A stretch of DNA of 64,000 bases. It comes from Octopus sinensis. Its lineage: Eukaryota. The first letter of the stretch is position 1, and each line of letters starts with the position of its first letter. This document shows positions 24,900 to 37,074 of this stretch, piece by piece. Made by a program: the position numbers and the translations under genes. The notes beneath the pieces are model-generated. The model had not been told where the DNA came from. It did not search any database and saw nothing but the letters and a program-made list of their open reading frames with translations. The stretch lies in the NCBI RefSeq assembly GCF_006345805.1, contig NC_042998.1:51274001-51338000 (forward strand). Reading direction: 5' to 3'.

Positions 24900-24991
24900 C
24901 AGATTATTTTGGACAATTGTTTCGCTAATGAATTAAATGTAATATTACTTACAAAAAAATCCATTTGTAGCTCGTCAGCCAAGACTATCTG
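24900..24991 (-). ncRNA. Type I hammerhead ribozyme, copy 1
   Basis: Minus strand CAGATAGTCTTGG-CTGACGA(24978-24972)-GCTA-[40 nt]-TAGC-GAAA-CAATT-GTC(24914-24912)-CAAAATAATCTG. Core consensus is complete, G10.1-C11.1 pair present, stem III palindromic (ACAATTGT). Confidence 0.75.
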
Positions 24992-25430
24992 GATGAAATC
25001 CACTCAATCACACGCCAGATTTTACCATAACGATAAATACGCGTGTGGTTCAATTGATTACATCCGACGTTATAATTCAAATGCCCCAACCAACAGCGCG
25101 CCAAACTTTCACGGAAAACAAATACAGCATTTAGAAATAAATGCAGCATAATTATAATTAATTAATAAGGGTGAGAGAATTAGATACTAATTTAATAGTA
25201 TATTTATTCAACACCAAGTGGCCTAGTGCTACGAGAAACCTGGATTATTATAATATTTTATAACATATTATAATATTTTTACAAAATAAATATAAGAGAG
25301 TGGTCACTATATTGCTCACTCTAGCACCAGTTAATCCAAAAGGTTTCAACCACGAAAATACATGATTCCCATGAAAGCCAGTACGACTGTTAGCTCACAC
25401 GGACAGGGCAAGTAAAAAATAACAAAAATA

Positions 25431-25517
25431 CAGATTATTTTGGGACAATTGTTTCGCTATTAATGAATTAAATGTAATATTACTTACAAAAAAATCCATT
25501 TGTAGCTCGTCAGCCAA
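25431..25517 (-). ncRNA. Type I hammerhead ribozyme, copy 2
   Basis: Minus strand TTGG-CTGACGA(25513-25507)-GCTA..TAGC-GAAA-CAATT-GTC(25446-25444)-CCAAAATAATCTG. TTGG pairs with CCAA; the 5' strand of stem I is truncated by (TA)n. Confidence 0.75.
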
Positions 25518-25837
25518 TATATATATATATATATGCAAATATACATGCTTGAACACTCTGGCTGTGTCATCTGTTAATCTCATAATCTATCCTCATGCAT
25601 ATACAGACATGTGTAAACTTGCATGTGAACAGAGACATCAATATATGAGTGTGTGAAGATATAGAAAATACAACTATTAATTAGAGTATAAAGATAAATT
25701 TCAACTTGTAACTGTGGTGATATATATATTTGAAGTACAAAGAGTACAGAACTCTGTTTGACTAAAGTCACATGCTAAGGGATGAGTCATTAACTAAGGT
25801 CAAGCAGTGATGGATTTGTGTAACGTCAACAACCACC

Positions 25838-26460
25838 ATCATCATCATCATCATTTAACGACTATTGTCCATTCTGGCATGGGTTGGACAGTTTGATCAG
25901 GGCTGGTAAGCTGAGGGGCAGCACTAGGCTCCAGTCTGATTTGGTATGGTTTCTGTAGCTGGATGCCCTTCCTAAAGGCAACCACTCCGAGAATGTAATG
26001 GATGCTTTTGCATGCCGCCAGCACAGGCGCCAGTTACATAACACCAGTATTTTCCACAATAAGGCGGCGAGCTGGCAGAAACGTAAGCACGCCGGGCGAA
26101 ATGCTTAGCGGTATTTCGTCTGCGTTACGTTGTGAGTTCGAATTCCGCCGAGGTCGACTTTGCCTTTCATCCTTTCGGGGTCGATAAATTAAGTACAAGT
26201 TACGCACTGGGGTCGATGTAATCGACTTAATACCTATGTCTGTCCTTGTTTGTCCCCTCTGTGTTTAGCTCCTTGTGGGTAATAAAGAAATAAGTATTTT
26301 CCACAATAACAATTTCACTTGGCTTGATGAGTCTTCTTCTCAAGCACAGCATATTACTAAAGGTCTTGGTCATTTGTCATTGCCTCCGTGAGGCCCAATG
26401 TTTGAAAGGTGCTTTTTATGTAACACCAGCACAAATGCCAGTTACATGACACCAACAACA
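25838..26460 (-). mobile_element. RTE 3' end (family C) interrupted by a SINE B insertion
   Basis: (CAT)n + TTTAACG..CATTCTGGCATGGG; resumes after 26310 with RTE 3' sequence (TCTTCTCAAGCACAGCATAT). Confidence 0.7.
26063..26292 (+). mobile_element. SINE family B, young, with 17-bp TSD
   Basis: GGCGGCGAGCTGGCAGAAACG..GAGTTCGAATTCCGCC; flanked by AGTATTTTCCACAATAA at 26046-26062 and 26293-26309. Confidence 0.92.
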
Positions 26461-26615
26461 GCCACCCTACCTAGAAAAAGACTAAATAACAGAAACAGAG
26501 ATGACAATTAAAAACCAACAAGACCTAGGAAAGGAAAACATAGCCAAGAACTGAGAACAGTAAAGAAAAGTCAGTGATGTCAAGCTAAAATACATTTGGA
26601 ACTAAATGTGATGTG

Positions 26616-26950
26616 AAGGCGCATGGCTCAGTGGTTAGAGCGTCGAGCTTACGATCGTGAGGTTGTGAGCTCGAATCCCGGACCAGACTGCGTGTTGTGT
26701 TCTTGAGCAAGAGACTTTATTTCACGTTGCTCCAGTTCACTCAGCTGTAGAAATGAGTTGTGACGTCACGAGTGCCAAACTGTATCGGCCTTTGCCTTTC
26801 CCTTGGATAACACTGGTGGCGTGGAGAGGGGAGGCCGGTATGCATGGGCGACTGCTGGTCTTCCATAAACAACCATGCCCAGATTTGTGACTAGGAGGGT
26901 AACTTTCTAGGTGCAATCCCATGTTCAGTGTCATGACCGAAGGGGGTCCC
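26616..26950 (+). mobile_element. SINE family D, young full-length copy
   Basis: GGCGCATGGCTCAGTGGTTAGAGCGTCG (A box), GAGCTCGAATCCC (B box), ends GACCGAAGGGGGTC. Confidence 0.9.
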
Positions 26951-27189
26951 GGATCCCGGATATTATTTATCCACCACAAGGTTCAGACTTTGGTGTGGTG
27001 TGGTGGCTCATGGGCCTCAATGATCCTGAGAGTTATGCTAGTGGAGTGCAAGCACTTGGTATGGCTTCTCATGCTGGACAGGGCAAAGGACAGACCAGAT
27101 CAATACGGACCACTACTTCTCAGAGGTAAATATGGGTTTGTATGGGGTCAATGCCCCTAACAAGAAAAAAAGCAAAGTTGCAGAAGTGC

Positions 27190-27420
27190 TGAAAGCAATT
27201 AAAAAGTCAACTTTATGTTTAGCCCTTGTGGTCAATAATGAAAACATTATTAGCGGTATTTTGCTCATCTTTACATTCTGAGTTCAAATTCCATCAAGGT
27301 CAACTTAGCATTTTGTCCTTTCGGGGTTGATAAATTAAGTACCAGTCAAATACTGGGGTCAATATGATCGACTTATGCCCTCCCTACAAATTTCAGGCCT
27401 TGTGCCTATAGTAGAAAGGG

Positions 27421-27490
<70 letters not shown>

Positions 27491-27720
27491 CATCAATATT
27501 GGAGCACGGTGAGCTGGCAGAATCATTGGCATGCTGGGCAAAATACTTAGTGCCATTTCCTCCATCTTTATGTTCTGAGTTCAAATTCCGGCAAGGTTGA
27601 CTTTGCCTTTCATACTTTCAGGATCAATAAAATGTGTACCAGTTGAGCACTGAGGTCGATATAATCAGACTTAACCTTCCCATGAAATTGTCAGGCTTGT
27701 GCCAAAATTTGAAGCCATTA
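27190..27720 (+). mobile_element. Cluster of SINE family B copies around (TTA)n
   Basis: Two plus-strand GAGTTCAAATTCC..GACTTTGCCTTT bodies, a short inverted tail piece, and (TTA)n at 27422-27492. Confidence 0.7.
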
Positions 27721-28710
27721 TTATTATTATTATTATTATTATTATCATATTGTGAGTCGGAGAGAAGGAATTGGAGAGGGCACTTGCTCCTAGGGTTTCA
27801 GATAAATCTCAGACTGTAGGGTTCCTTGATTATCTCTAGAGGTGTTCCTCTATCATCCTCCCCCACCTTTTTTTAACCTTTGTATGCTATGCATATGTCC
27901 CTTCTTTTCCAGTGTATACCATGCATACCTTATTTTCTTCATCATTTCATTATTATATGTAAACCTCCACACTTTATGTCCATCTCTGAATTGTCCCCCT
28001 CGTCCTTCACCCTTGTGGCAAATAAATGAAATCATCTTTATTATTTGTCTTCTTCTTCTTCTTCTTCTTCTTCTTCTTCTTCTCCCCCTCCCTCTCTCTC
28101 CTTTTCTCCACATCCTGCTCTCTTTCTCTCTTTACTTTCTGACCCTGCTATTCTCTCTTACTGCAAAGCTCCTCCCATCATCTTATTCAGTTATTGGAAA
28201 TATTCAGCTAATAGTTCACAGGACCTTCAGTATGGACTTCACTCTGTGATGGCGTCTAACATTTTTATTAATTATGTCTCATTGAAAATAGCGTATTCAA
28301 AAGAGTCTTCAGAACATAGTGAAATAGCAGCTATTAATTTTTTTTTTCTAAATTGTTTTTACTTATTAAATTAACTATTTTATTTCTTCTGTTGTGATTC
28401 GGTTTTTGAAAATTATAATGTTTTATAATGATGTTATCAACTGACTTTTTAACATTATGGATGACCTAACTTTCTTGATCAAAAAAAAAAAAAGACCAGA
28501 AAAGCTCAACATGTATTTTAACACATTCATTTAGAATTAGTTAAGTTCATTGCAAAAAAGGACATAATGTGGAAGTGATGGTGATGGTGATGGTGGCAGT
28601 GGCCGTGGCTATAGCAATTATAGTAGTGTCTTAGTAACAGTTTCTAATTTCAGCACAAAGCCAGCAAAATTCTGAGGGAAGGTGGCCAGTCCCTGCCATT
28701 GACTCCACTA

Positions 28711-29297
28711 CTTTTTATCTTTTACTTGTTTCATTAGACTGCATCCATGCTGGGGCATTGCCTTCAGGAATTTTTGTGAAACTAATCAACCCCAGTACTT
28801 ATTTTATTTTCAAGCCTGGTTACATATTCTATCAATCTGTGGCAAGTGGTGGTGGGGGACAAACACAAACACAAAACTGCACGCACACACACACACACAC
28901 ACAAACATATACACACATATGTACGTTCACACACACATACACATGCACACTCACACACATATATATATAATGCATAAACAGAGCCTGAAAGATTACTTTA
29001 AGATACATGGCATATTTTATAAATATGCCTGTTCAAGTATCATAAAAGCATGAAACTATTAGTAGCTCTTTCTGTTGTGTATTTAAATTGATATGATGAT
29101 GATGATGATATATATATATGTATATACACAACAGGCTTCTTTCAGTTTCCTTCTACCAAATCCACTCACAAGGCTTTGGTCAGCCTGAGGCTATAGAAGA
29201 AAACACTTACACCCCCAAGCTGCCCCACAGTAGGACTGAATCTAGAACCATGTGGCTAGGAAGCAAACTTCTTATTACACAGTTATGCCTGAGCCTA
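28711..29297 (-). mobile_element. SINE family A split by microsatellite and unique sequence
   Basis: Tail half at 28711-28870 and head half at 29125-29297. Confidence 0.65.
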
Positions 29298-29729
29298 TTT
29301 TTGCTTTTTTTCTTGACTCTGGAAGGATAAAAGACAAAGTTGATTTAGGCTGTATTTGAACTTAAATTATAAAAAACTGAAACAAATACCACAAGGGATT
29401 TTTCTAATGCATTGAAATGAATAAAATGAAAAACAGAAATAATAAAAATAATATCTGTTATTTTTTATCGTTTATCTTTCACTTGTTTTAGTCATTGGAC
29501 TGCAGCCATGCTGGGGAACCACCTTGAAGGGTTTGAGTCAAATAAATCTCCTCTAGTAATTAGGATTTTTTTCTTTTTAAAGTCTGGTCTTTGTTTTATT
29601 GGTCTTTTTTGTTGAACCACTAAGTTAATGAGAGCATAGACAAACCAGCACTGATTGCCAAGCAGTGGCAAACACAGACACACGCATACACAGACACACA
29701 CACACACACACACAGACACACACACATTA

Positions 29730-30609
29730 CATGGAAAAATGTAAGCAAGAGAAATAATATTCTTAAGATTATAAACCTGGAAAATTACAGGACAAGTTAT
29801 TACACTTGGAAAAGTTCGGGACAACTTATTACATCTGGTAAAGTAGAGAACAGGAAAATTTTTACTTAAAATATGACAGCTAAGGATAAAATTCCAAATA
29901 AAATATTTAGATTTATAAAATATTAGCTTTTATTGAAACTAAAAATTTTATTACAAGTTATTACTTTTATTTGTTATTACTTGTTATTTCTATTAAAAAT
30001 TAAAAATAATTCAAACTATTTTTTGCACTTTAAAAACATTCATTTTCTAAGTCATCGATTAATAATTAGAAATTTGAAATTAGGTTATAAAAAATAATAG
30101 TAGTACATACTTAGTTAGTACAATAAACCGAATAATACAAACATTAGTTATATATTACAATAAAATCTACCTATAACAACAAATTCACAATAAAATTTGC
30201 TTGAGTTATTGCCTAAGTTATGGTCAAGTCTTCACATTTTTAGTCTTGACCCAATGCCTATTTTTTACATAATGAATGTGCCTACCATATATACTATTCT
30301 ACTTTTCATAAAACTTTAGCTATATTGGTACTTCTGGCTCTCATTTGTTAAGTATTCTACCATGTCAATATTTTAACAAAGTGATAGTACTTTTTTAATT
30401 ATAATGTTACTTTGTAAATTAAAATCGAATAATTTTTAGTATTCAGATTTTATCCTTAGCTGCAATATTTTAAGTAAAAGTTTTCTTGTTCTGAACTTTG
30501 CCAGATATAATAAGTTGTCCTGAACTTTTCCAAGTGTAATAATTTGTCCTGTAATTTTCCATGTATATAATCTTAAGAATACTATTTCTCTTGCTTGCAT
30601 TTTCCCATG
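29730..30609. mobile_element. Non-autonomous DNA transposon with ~170-bp TIRs and internal direct repeats
   Basis: CATGGAAAAATGTAAGCAAGAGAAAT.. (29730-29900) is the inverse of 30435-30609; TA on both flanks; GGAAAA..GGACAA.TTATTACA subrepeats inside each TIR. Confidence 0.85.
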
Positions 30610-31019
30610 TAATCCATGTTTTTCCAGGCTATGCTACTATGTTAATTAATTATGTGTCAAACATGTCAATTAGCAATGACATCGATAATTTTTTCCTTAC
30701 CTCAATGACACCAGTGACATATATTAAAAGTTCATTTATAGAACTATATTCATTAAAAGTATCGAACTATATTATCACCCTCAAATTTGAGAAACAAACA
30801 CTCATAACTTTTTTCTTTTAAAACAGCATTGCATGAGATTGATACCATGAAATTCCTCGAATTGAGCTCTATCATTTAAGCTTAATTAAAATATAGTTTG
30901 TTCTTAAAATAAAAAAGTTAATTATCCTTAAACCCATTTTTTTACCTTACTTTTTTTATGCCAAAATGTAGCTAGGAACCAGTTCTCTTCAAAAATTTTA
31001 ACAGTTTTCAATTTGGTTT

Positions 31020-31232
31020 AGAAATCAATTAGCAACTAGCTCTGAAAGATGCTGTGTGTGAGTAAATGGTGGCTTTAAGAATATTATTTGACTACTACCA
31101 TAGCCAAACATTGCTGAAAGTTTCATTCAAATCCATCCAGCAGTTCTTGAGATATCTTGTCCATGAACAAACAAACTAACAAATGTGACTGAAAACAATA
31201 CCTCTACCTTCACTAAGGCAGAGGTAGTAATT
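31020..31232 (+). mobile_element. Helentron/DINE-like non-autonomous element end
   Basis: TTTCATTCAAATCCATCCAGCAGTTCTTGAGATATC..(AAAC)n..then terminal hairpin TACCTCTACCTTCACTAAGGCAGAGGTA; layout recalls HINE/DINE-type ends. Confidence 0.45.
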
Positions 31233-31505
31233 ACTAAAACAGCAACAACAACAAAAGTATCAATAACAGTAATGAGTGATTGGAATTTTATTTATTTTGT
31301 GAATATTTTATGAATTTTTTTTGAATCGATGAATTGAAGAAATGTCATGAAGATCACAAAAAGACAATTTTCATTATAATTGTGAGTTTGATTTATCTAT
31401 TTATTTATGTATTGTGATGATAAGGACAAAAGATTTAGATCTCGACTGTTGTAATGTTTTGTTTCAGAAAACGTTAAAATGAGTATAAATTACTTGTATT
31501 TAATC

Positions 31506-31526
31506 ATACACACACACACACACACA

Positions 31527-31574
<48 letters not shown>

Positions 31575-31612
31575 GCACGCACACACACACACGCACGCAC
31601 GCACACGCACAC

Positions 31613-31643
<31 letters not shown>

Positions 31644-31645
31644 TG
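31506..31645. repeat. (CA)n/(CGCA)n microsatellite
   Basis: Directly visible. Confidence 0.95.
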
Positions 31646-31896
31646 CATATGACCTTTATCATTCATCTTTTACTTGCTTCGGTCATTGGACTGCGGCCAT
31701 GCTTGGGCACTACCATGAAAGGATCAATCAAACAAATCGACTCTGGTACTTATTTTTAAGCCTGATACTTATTCTATCGTCCCTTTTTGTTGAACTACTC
31801 AGTTACAAGTCCATAAACAAACCAACACTGGTTGTCAAGTGGTGGTGGTGGTGGTGGTGGTGGACAAACACAGGACACACATAAATATATACATGT

Positions 31897-31939
<43 letters not shown>

Positions 31940-31959
31940 AATCGATCAACATCAATGGA

Positions 31960-32342
31960 AATTGCAGCTGTGATACCAGTGCCGGTGGTACGTAAGAGAA
32001 CCATCCAAACATGGCTGTTGCTAGCACCGCCCCGACTGGCCTCGTGCCGGTGGCACGTAAAAAGCACCATCCAATCGTGGCCGTTGCCAGCCTCGCCTGG
32101 CCCCCATGCTGGTGGCACGTAAAAAGCACCATCCGATCGTGGTCATTTGCCAGCCTCGTCTGGCACGTAAAACGCACCCACTACACTCACGGAGTGGTCG
32201 GCGTTAGGAAGTGCATCCAGCCGTAGAAACATTGCCAGATCAGACTGGGCCTGGTGCAGCCTTCTGGCTTCCCAGACCCCAGTTGAACCGTCCAACCCAT
32301 GCTAGCATGGAAAGCGGATGCTAAACGATGATGATGATGATG
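31960..32342 (+). mobile_element. RTE 3' end (family C), four modules
   Basis: Repeated GGCACGTAAAAAGCACC modules and (GAT)n tail. Confidence 0.85.
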
Positions 32343-32355
32343 ATATATACAAATA

Positions 32356-32760
32356 CAGGCACAAGTGTGGCTGTGTGGAAAGAAGCTTACTTCCCAACCA
32401 CAGGGTTCAGGTTCAGTCCCACTGCATGGCACCTTGGGCAAGTGTCTTCTACTATAGCCTCGGGCCGACCAAAGCCTTGTGAGTGGATTTGGTAGATGGA
32501 AACTGAAGGAAACCTGTCACATATATATGCATATATTTATGTGTACGTGTTCCCCACCACCCTGCATCATTGCTTGAGAACCAATGCTGTTGTGTTTATG
32601 TCCCCATAACTTAGCAGTTCGGTAAAAGAAACCGATAGAATAAGTACTAGGTTTACGAAGGATAAGTCTTGGGGTCAATTTCTTAGACTAAAACTTTCAA
32701 GGCCGTGCCCCAGCATGGCTGCAGTCAAATGATTGGAACAAGTAAAAGAATAAAGGAATA
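32356..32760 (+). mobile_element. SINE family A
   Basis: GGCACAAGTGTGGCTGTGTGG head, GGTTCAGTCCC, full body. Confidence 0.85.
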
Positions 32761-32879
32761 TAGATGTGTGTGTGTGTGTGTGTGTGTGCGTGCCTGTGTG
32801 TGTGTGAGTATATATATATATCTATGGAGAGAAAGAGAGATGTATATATACATATACATGTGTATATATATATATGTAT

Positions 32880-33503
<624 letters not shown>

Positions 33504-33789
33504 CTTTATATATATAAAATGTAGATAGGGTTAAAATCCAAGCTGTGTCCTCTTGAAGCACATCTGCTTATTCCAGTATTCTGAATCTGTATGTCGATGT
33601 TGTTATATCTGTGTGAAGTGGGCATAAGAGAAATAAAAATCAAACCAAGAGATTGAAAAAATTTTAGAATTATTTATTCAGCATTACATATGTTTCATTT
33701 GCTAATATGAGTTACAAAATTGTACATGTAGGAGAAAACATGTAAGATATCTCCCATTAGAAATTCTTCAGACAGAGAATCAAATCTAT

Positions 33790-34500
33790 TTACTGTTTTA
33801 GGTAAAGAGATGTTCAACTCCACTACCTTATACTACAACAAGGGTCTGGCTTCCAGGGGTTTTAAGGATAGGATTAGTTATATGCAAAACATTAACCCCT
33901 CCAAAAGATAATGCCACTGAAAAGTCTTGTTTTTCACACTTCCCTCCTCCCTTGACACAAGAACTTGTATGGGTAAGGTCTTCCTGAGCTTATTGGATCA
34001 ACAATTTCTTTATACAACTAAATTCAGTAAAATTTTGATATTCACCCCTTAAGAGTTTCCTTTAGCTATACACCTAGCATAAAGGAGATATCAATAGGTA
34101 GGCCCATACTTGAGACAGAGACAGGATGCTCATGCCAAAGCAAAACCACATGTCCTATTAATGGCCACTGTAACATAGAAGCAGTTATATATGAAGCAGA
34201 TATAATGTCAAAGGGCCCCAGAGAGAAGTCAAATGGTCAGAAGTATGTGGGCACAACAGAAGGTCCTTTCAGAATCACATTGCACAACTATCCTTCAATA
34301 TCCAGGTGAGATACAATGTCACAGCCCTGGATGGGCATATAGGACTATTAAAGGAAAGTACCATGGGTTACATCAAGTGAAAAATCTTAGAGAAGTACAA
34401 ATCTTATTTAAATTGCAACAGAAAATGCAGATTAAGCTTAATCAAAAAAAGAATTATATCAAAAATTACTACAAGACTAAGATTTTTAGCCTATGACCAC
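33790..34500 (+). pseudogene. Decayed Penelope-like element, RT C-terminus and GIY-YIG endonuclease
   Basis: 34124-34309 reads GCSCQSKTTCPINGHCNIEAVIYEADIMSKGPREKSNGQKYVGTTEGPFRITLHN, matching the CxC..CPxxGxC..VIY..YxGxTE..F..H signature. Upstream KEMFNSTTLYYNKGLASRGFKDRISY and CMGKVFLSLLDQQF match the Penelope RT thumb/linker. Confidence 0.8.
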
Positions 34501-34840
34501 ATGAGAGGATGTATATTTTATTTTACCTACAGGCCCCACCATGATTACAATCAATTGGTTCTCCATCACCCTGTGATGTAAAATATATCTCTCTGTAGCA
34601 TTGAAGAATGACCAGTAATGAAAAAGCAAGTTGTTTTAACTGAAGAATTAGTATAAAAAACTGATATGGAACTATATTCAACAATAGTGATTCATGCAAA
34701 ACTTGGTTACTATTTCCAACAGATCAGAGAATGCATAATAATTGGAATTTTGAAACATACAATGCTCTGTTTATCTATCTATTTATCAATCTATCTACAT
34801 GCATACACACTCATGTGTGTGTATCTGTGTGTGTGTGTGT

Positions 34841-34883
<43 letters not shown>

Positions 34884-35115
34884 GTGGCACCGACAACAAC
34901 TTCGCTTGAATGTTGTTTTTCACATGCCACTGGCACAAGTGTATATATATAATATATCATCGTCATTTAGCATCCGCTTTCCATGCTAGAACCATCCAAC
35001 CCATGCTAGCATGGAAAGCAGACGCTAAATGACGATGATATATTATATATATATATACACTTGTGCCAGTGTCATGTGAAAAACAACATTCAAGCGAAGT
35101 CGTTGTCGGTGCCAC
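34884..35115. repeat. Recent inverted duplication (~105-bp arms, 16-nt spacer)
   Basis: 34884-34989 vs reverse complement of 35006-35115 differ at only a few positions. Confidence 0.9.
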
Positions 35116-35360
35116 TGGACTGTTCCTGTGCAGATGGCACATAAAAAACACTACCTCCTGACTGGCCCTTGTACCAGTGATACGTAAAGGCACTGACTAC
35201 ACGCTCAGAGTGGTTGGCATTAGGAAGGGCATCCAGCTGTAGAAACTCTGCCAGATCAGATTGGAGCATGGTGCAGCCATCTGGCTCGCCAGTCCTCAGT
35301 CAAACCGCCCAACCCATGCCAGCATGGAAAGCGGACGTTAAATGATGATGATGATGATAA
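35116..35360 (+). mobile_element. RTE 3' end (family C)
   Basis: GGAAGGGCATCCAGCTGTAGAAAC..GCGGACGTTAAAT(GAT)n. Confidence 0.8.
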
Positions 35361-36360
35361 TGATGACACTGCCCAAAGTGATGTGCAGTGTGACTGAACC
35401 CAGTCCACATGGTTTGCAAAGCAAGCTTCTTAACCACACAGCCATGCCAGAAGTAATTTTTATAAAATTTTTCATTATTTCAATTCTAAAAAGAAAAACG
35501 CACTAACCAACACGGTAACCTCAACCTGCCAGAAAGAACACCCAAATTTCCAACAATTTCCTACTGAGTATTTTAAAAGAAAAAGAAAAACAGAAAACAG
35601 AGTAAAATCATTATATAACGGATTACTAAATATATCATGACTGAATATAAAAAACAGAAAATAAATGATGAACAGCTTTGATCAGTGTTATGCTCAATCA
35701 GGAATGACCTGGAGTTAAATAACAAAGACTATGAATAGACGCGAAGAACAAAAATATTAGTTTGGAAGGTTCAAAGTTAAAAACATGTAAACTATCTTTA
35801 TTCTTTGTAAGAGTGTCTGCACCAGTCTCTCTTACCATTAAATAAAGATTAAAGACGAAGAAGAAAAGAAAAGAGAAAATGTAAACTACAATCAAAGAAT
35901 ATGGTTGGAGGCAAATTTATTGGAAAATATTGCAATGCTATTGAAAAATAAGATGGAATCAAAAGTGTTTGTACAGTTAAGATGCGGGTTTTATTGATGC
36001 TATCAATTGATCATATGTTTACTTACAAACACAAATAGACACAGATGTGCACTAATATGTGTTTGTGCACATATGTGCATGAATTTTTGCATAAATGTAT
36101 CAGTATGTGTGTGTGTGTGTATCCATATATATATATATTGTTTACATTATAAACAAGGTCTGTCACATTTACATAAGACGTGGGATCGAGTCTGTTGACA
36201 ACCATCAACATTTGAACTGCAGGGTGTTTACATGTTGAAATCTAAAACTTTATGTACATCGCGCATGACCATTGAAAATGATATATGCATACATACATAC
36301 ATGCATACATACAAACATACATATACACACACACACACATACATACATACATACATATAT

Positions 36361-37010
36361 TATCATCATCATCATCATCGTTTAACGTCCGCTTTCCATG
36401 CTAGCATGGGTTGGAAATTTGACTGCGGACTGGCGAACCAGATGGTTACACCAGGCTCCAGTCTGATCTGGCAGAGTTTCTACAGTTGGATGCCCTTCCT
36501 AATGCTAACCACTCCAAGAGTGTAGTGGGTGCTTTTACATGTCACCAGCACGAGGGCCAGTCAGGTGGTATGAATGTATAAGCACTTTTGTTGTTCGACT
36601 TTTCAAATGCTCATGTTCCCAGTTAATCTGGATTAATTCCGAACAGGGGTTCCAAAAGTTGAACAATGAAAGTGCATACCCACAAAATACATGCAATATA
36701 TAAACTTATTTCCCAAAAAATTTGTGACATTTTGCTTTTCAAATTGATATCTTTTTAGATAGTTAATAAGTTATAAAGAAATGTTTTTCATATATATGTA
36801 TATATATATATGTGCAGGTGGCACGTAAAAAGCACCCACTACACTCACAGAGTGGTTGGCGTTAGGAAGGGCATCCAGCTGTAGAAACATTGCCAGATAA
36901 GACTGGAGCCTGGTGCAGCCTTCTGGCTTCCCAGATCCCCGGTCGAACTGTCCAACCCATGCTAGCATGGAGAACGGACGTTAAACAATGATGATGATGA
37001 TGATGATGAT
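36361..37010. mobile_element. Two oppositely oriented RTE 3' ends (36361-36570 minus, 36810-37010 plus)
   Basis: Family C sequence with (CAT)n at the left end and (GAT)n at the right end. Confidence 0.8.
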
Positions 37011-37014
37011 ATAT

Positions 37015-37074
<60 letters not shown>

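Larger units (their letters stand above)
24751..25517 (-). mobile_element. Partial tandem repeat (~531-535-bp period, 1.4 units) carrying two hammerhead motifs; Penelope pLTR-like or retrozyme-like
   Basis: 24751-24982 is nearly identical to 25283-25517 (a 1-nt and a 3-nt indel); both ends abut (TA)n. Confidence 0.8.

Noticed and set aside
26616-26690. tRNA-like sequences at SINE heads (also 8280-8347, 7085-7153, 14063-14130)
   Set aside because: They have A and B boxes but no complete cloverleaf acceptor stem and continue directly into SINE bodies, so they are not tRNA genes.
31970-32180. Regularly spaced GGCACGTAAAAAGCACC repeats resembling a CRISPR array
   Set aside because: The spacers are related to each other, the context is a eukaryotic RTE 3' UTR, and there are no cas genes.
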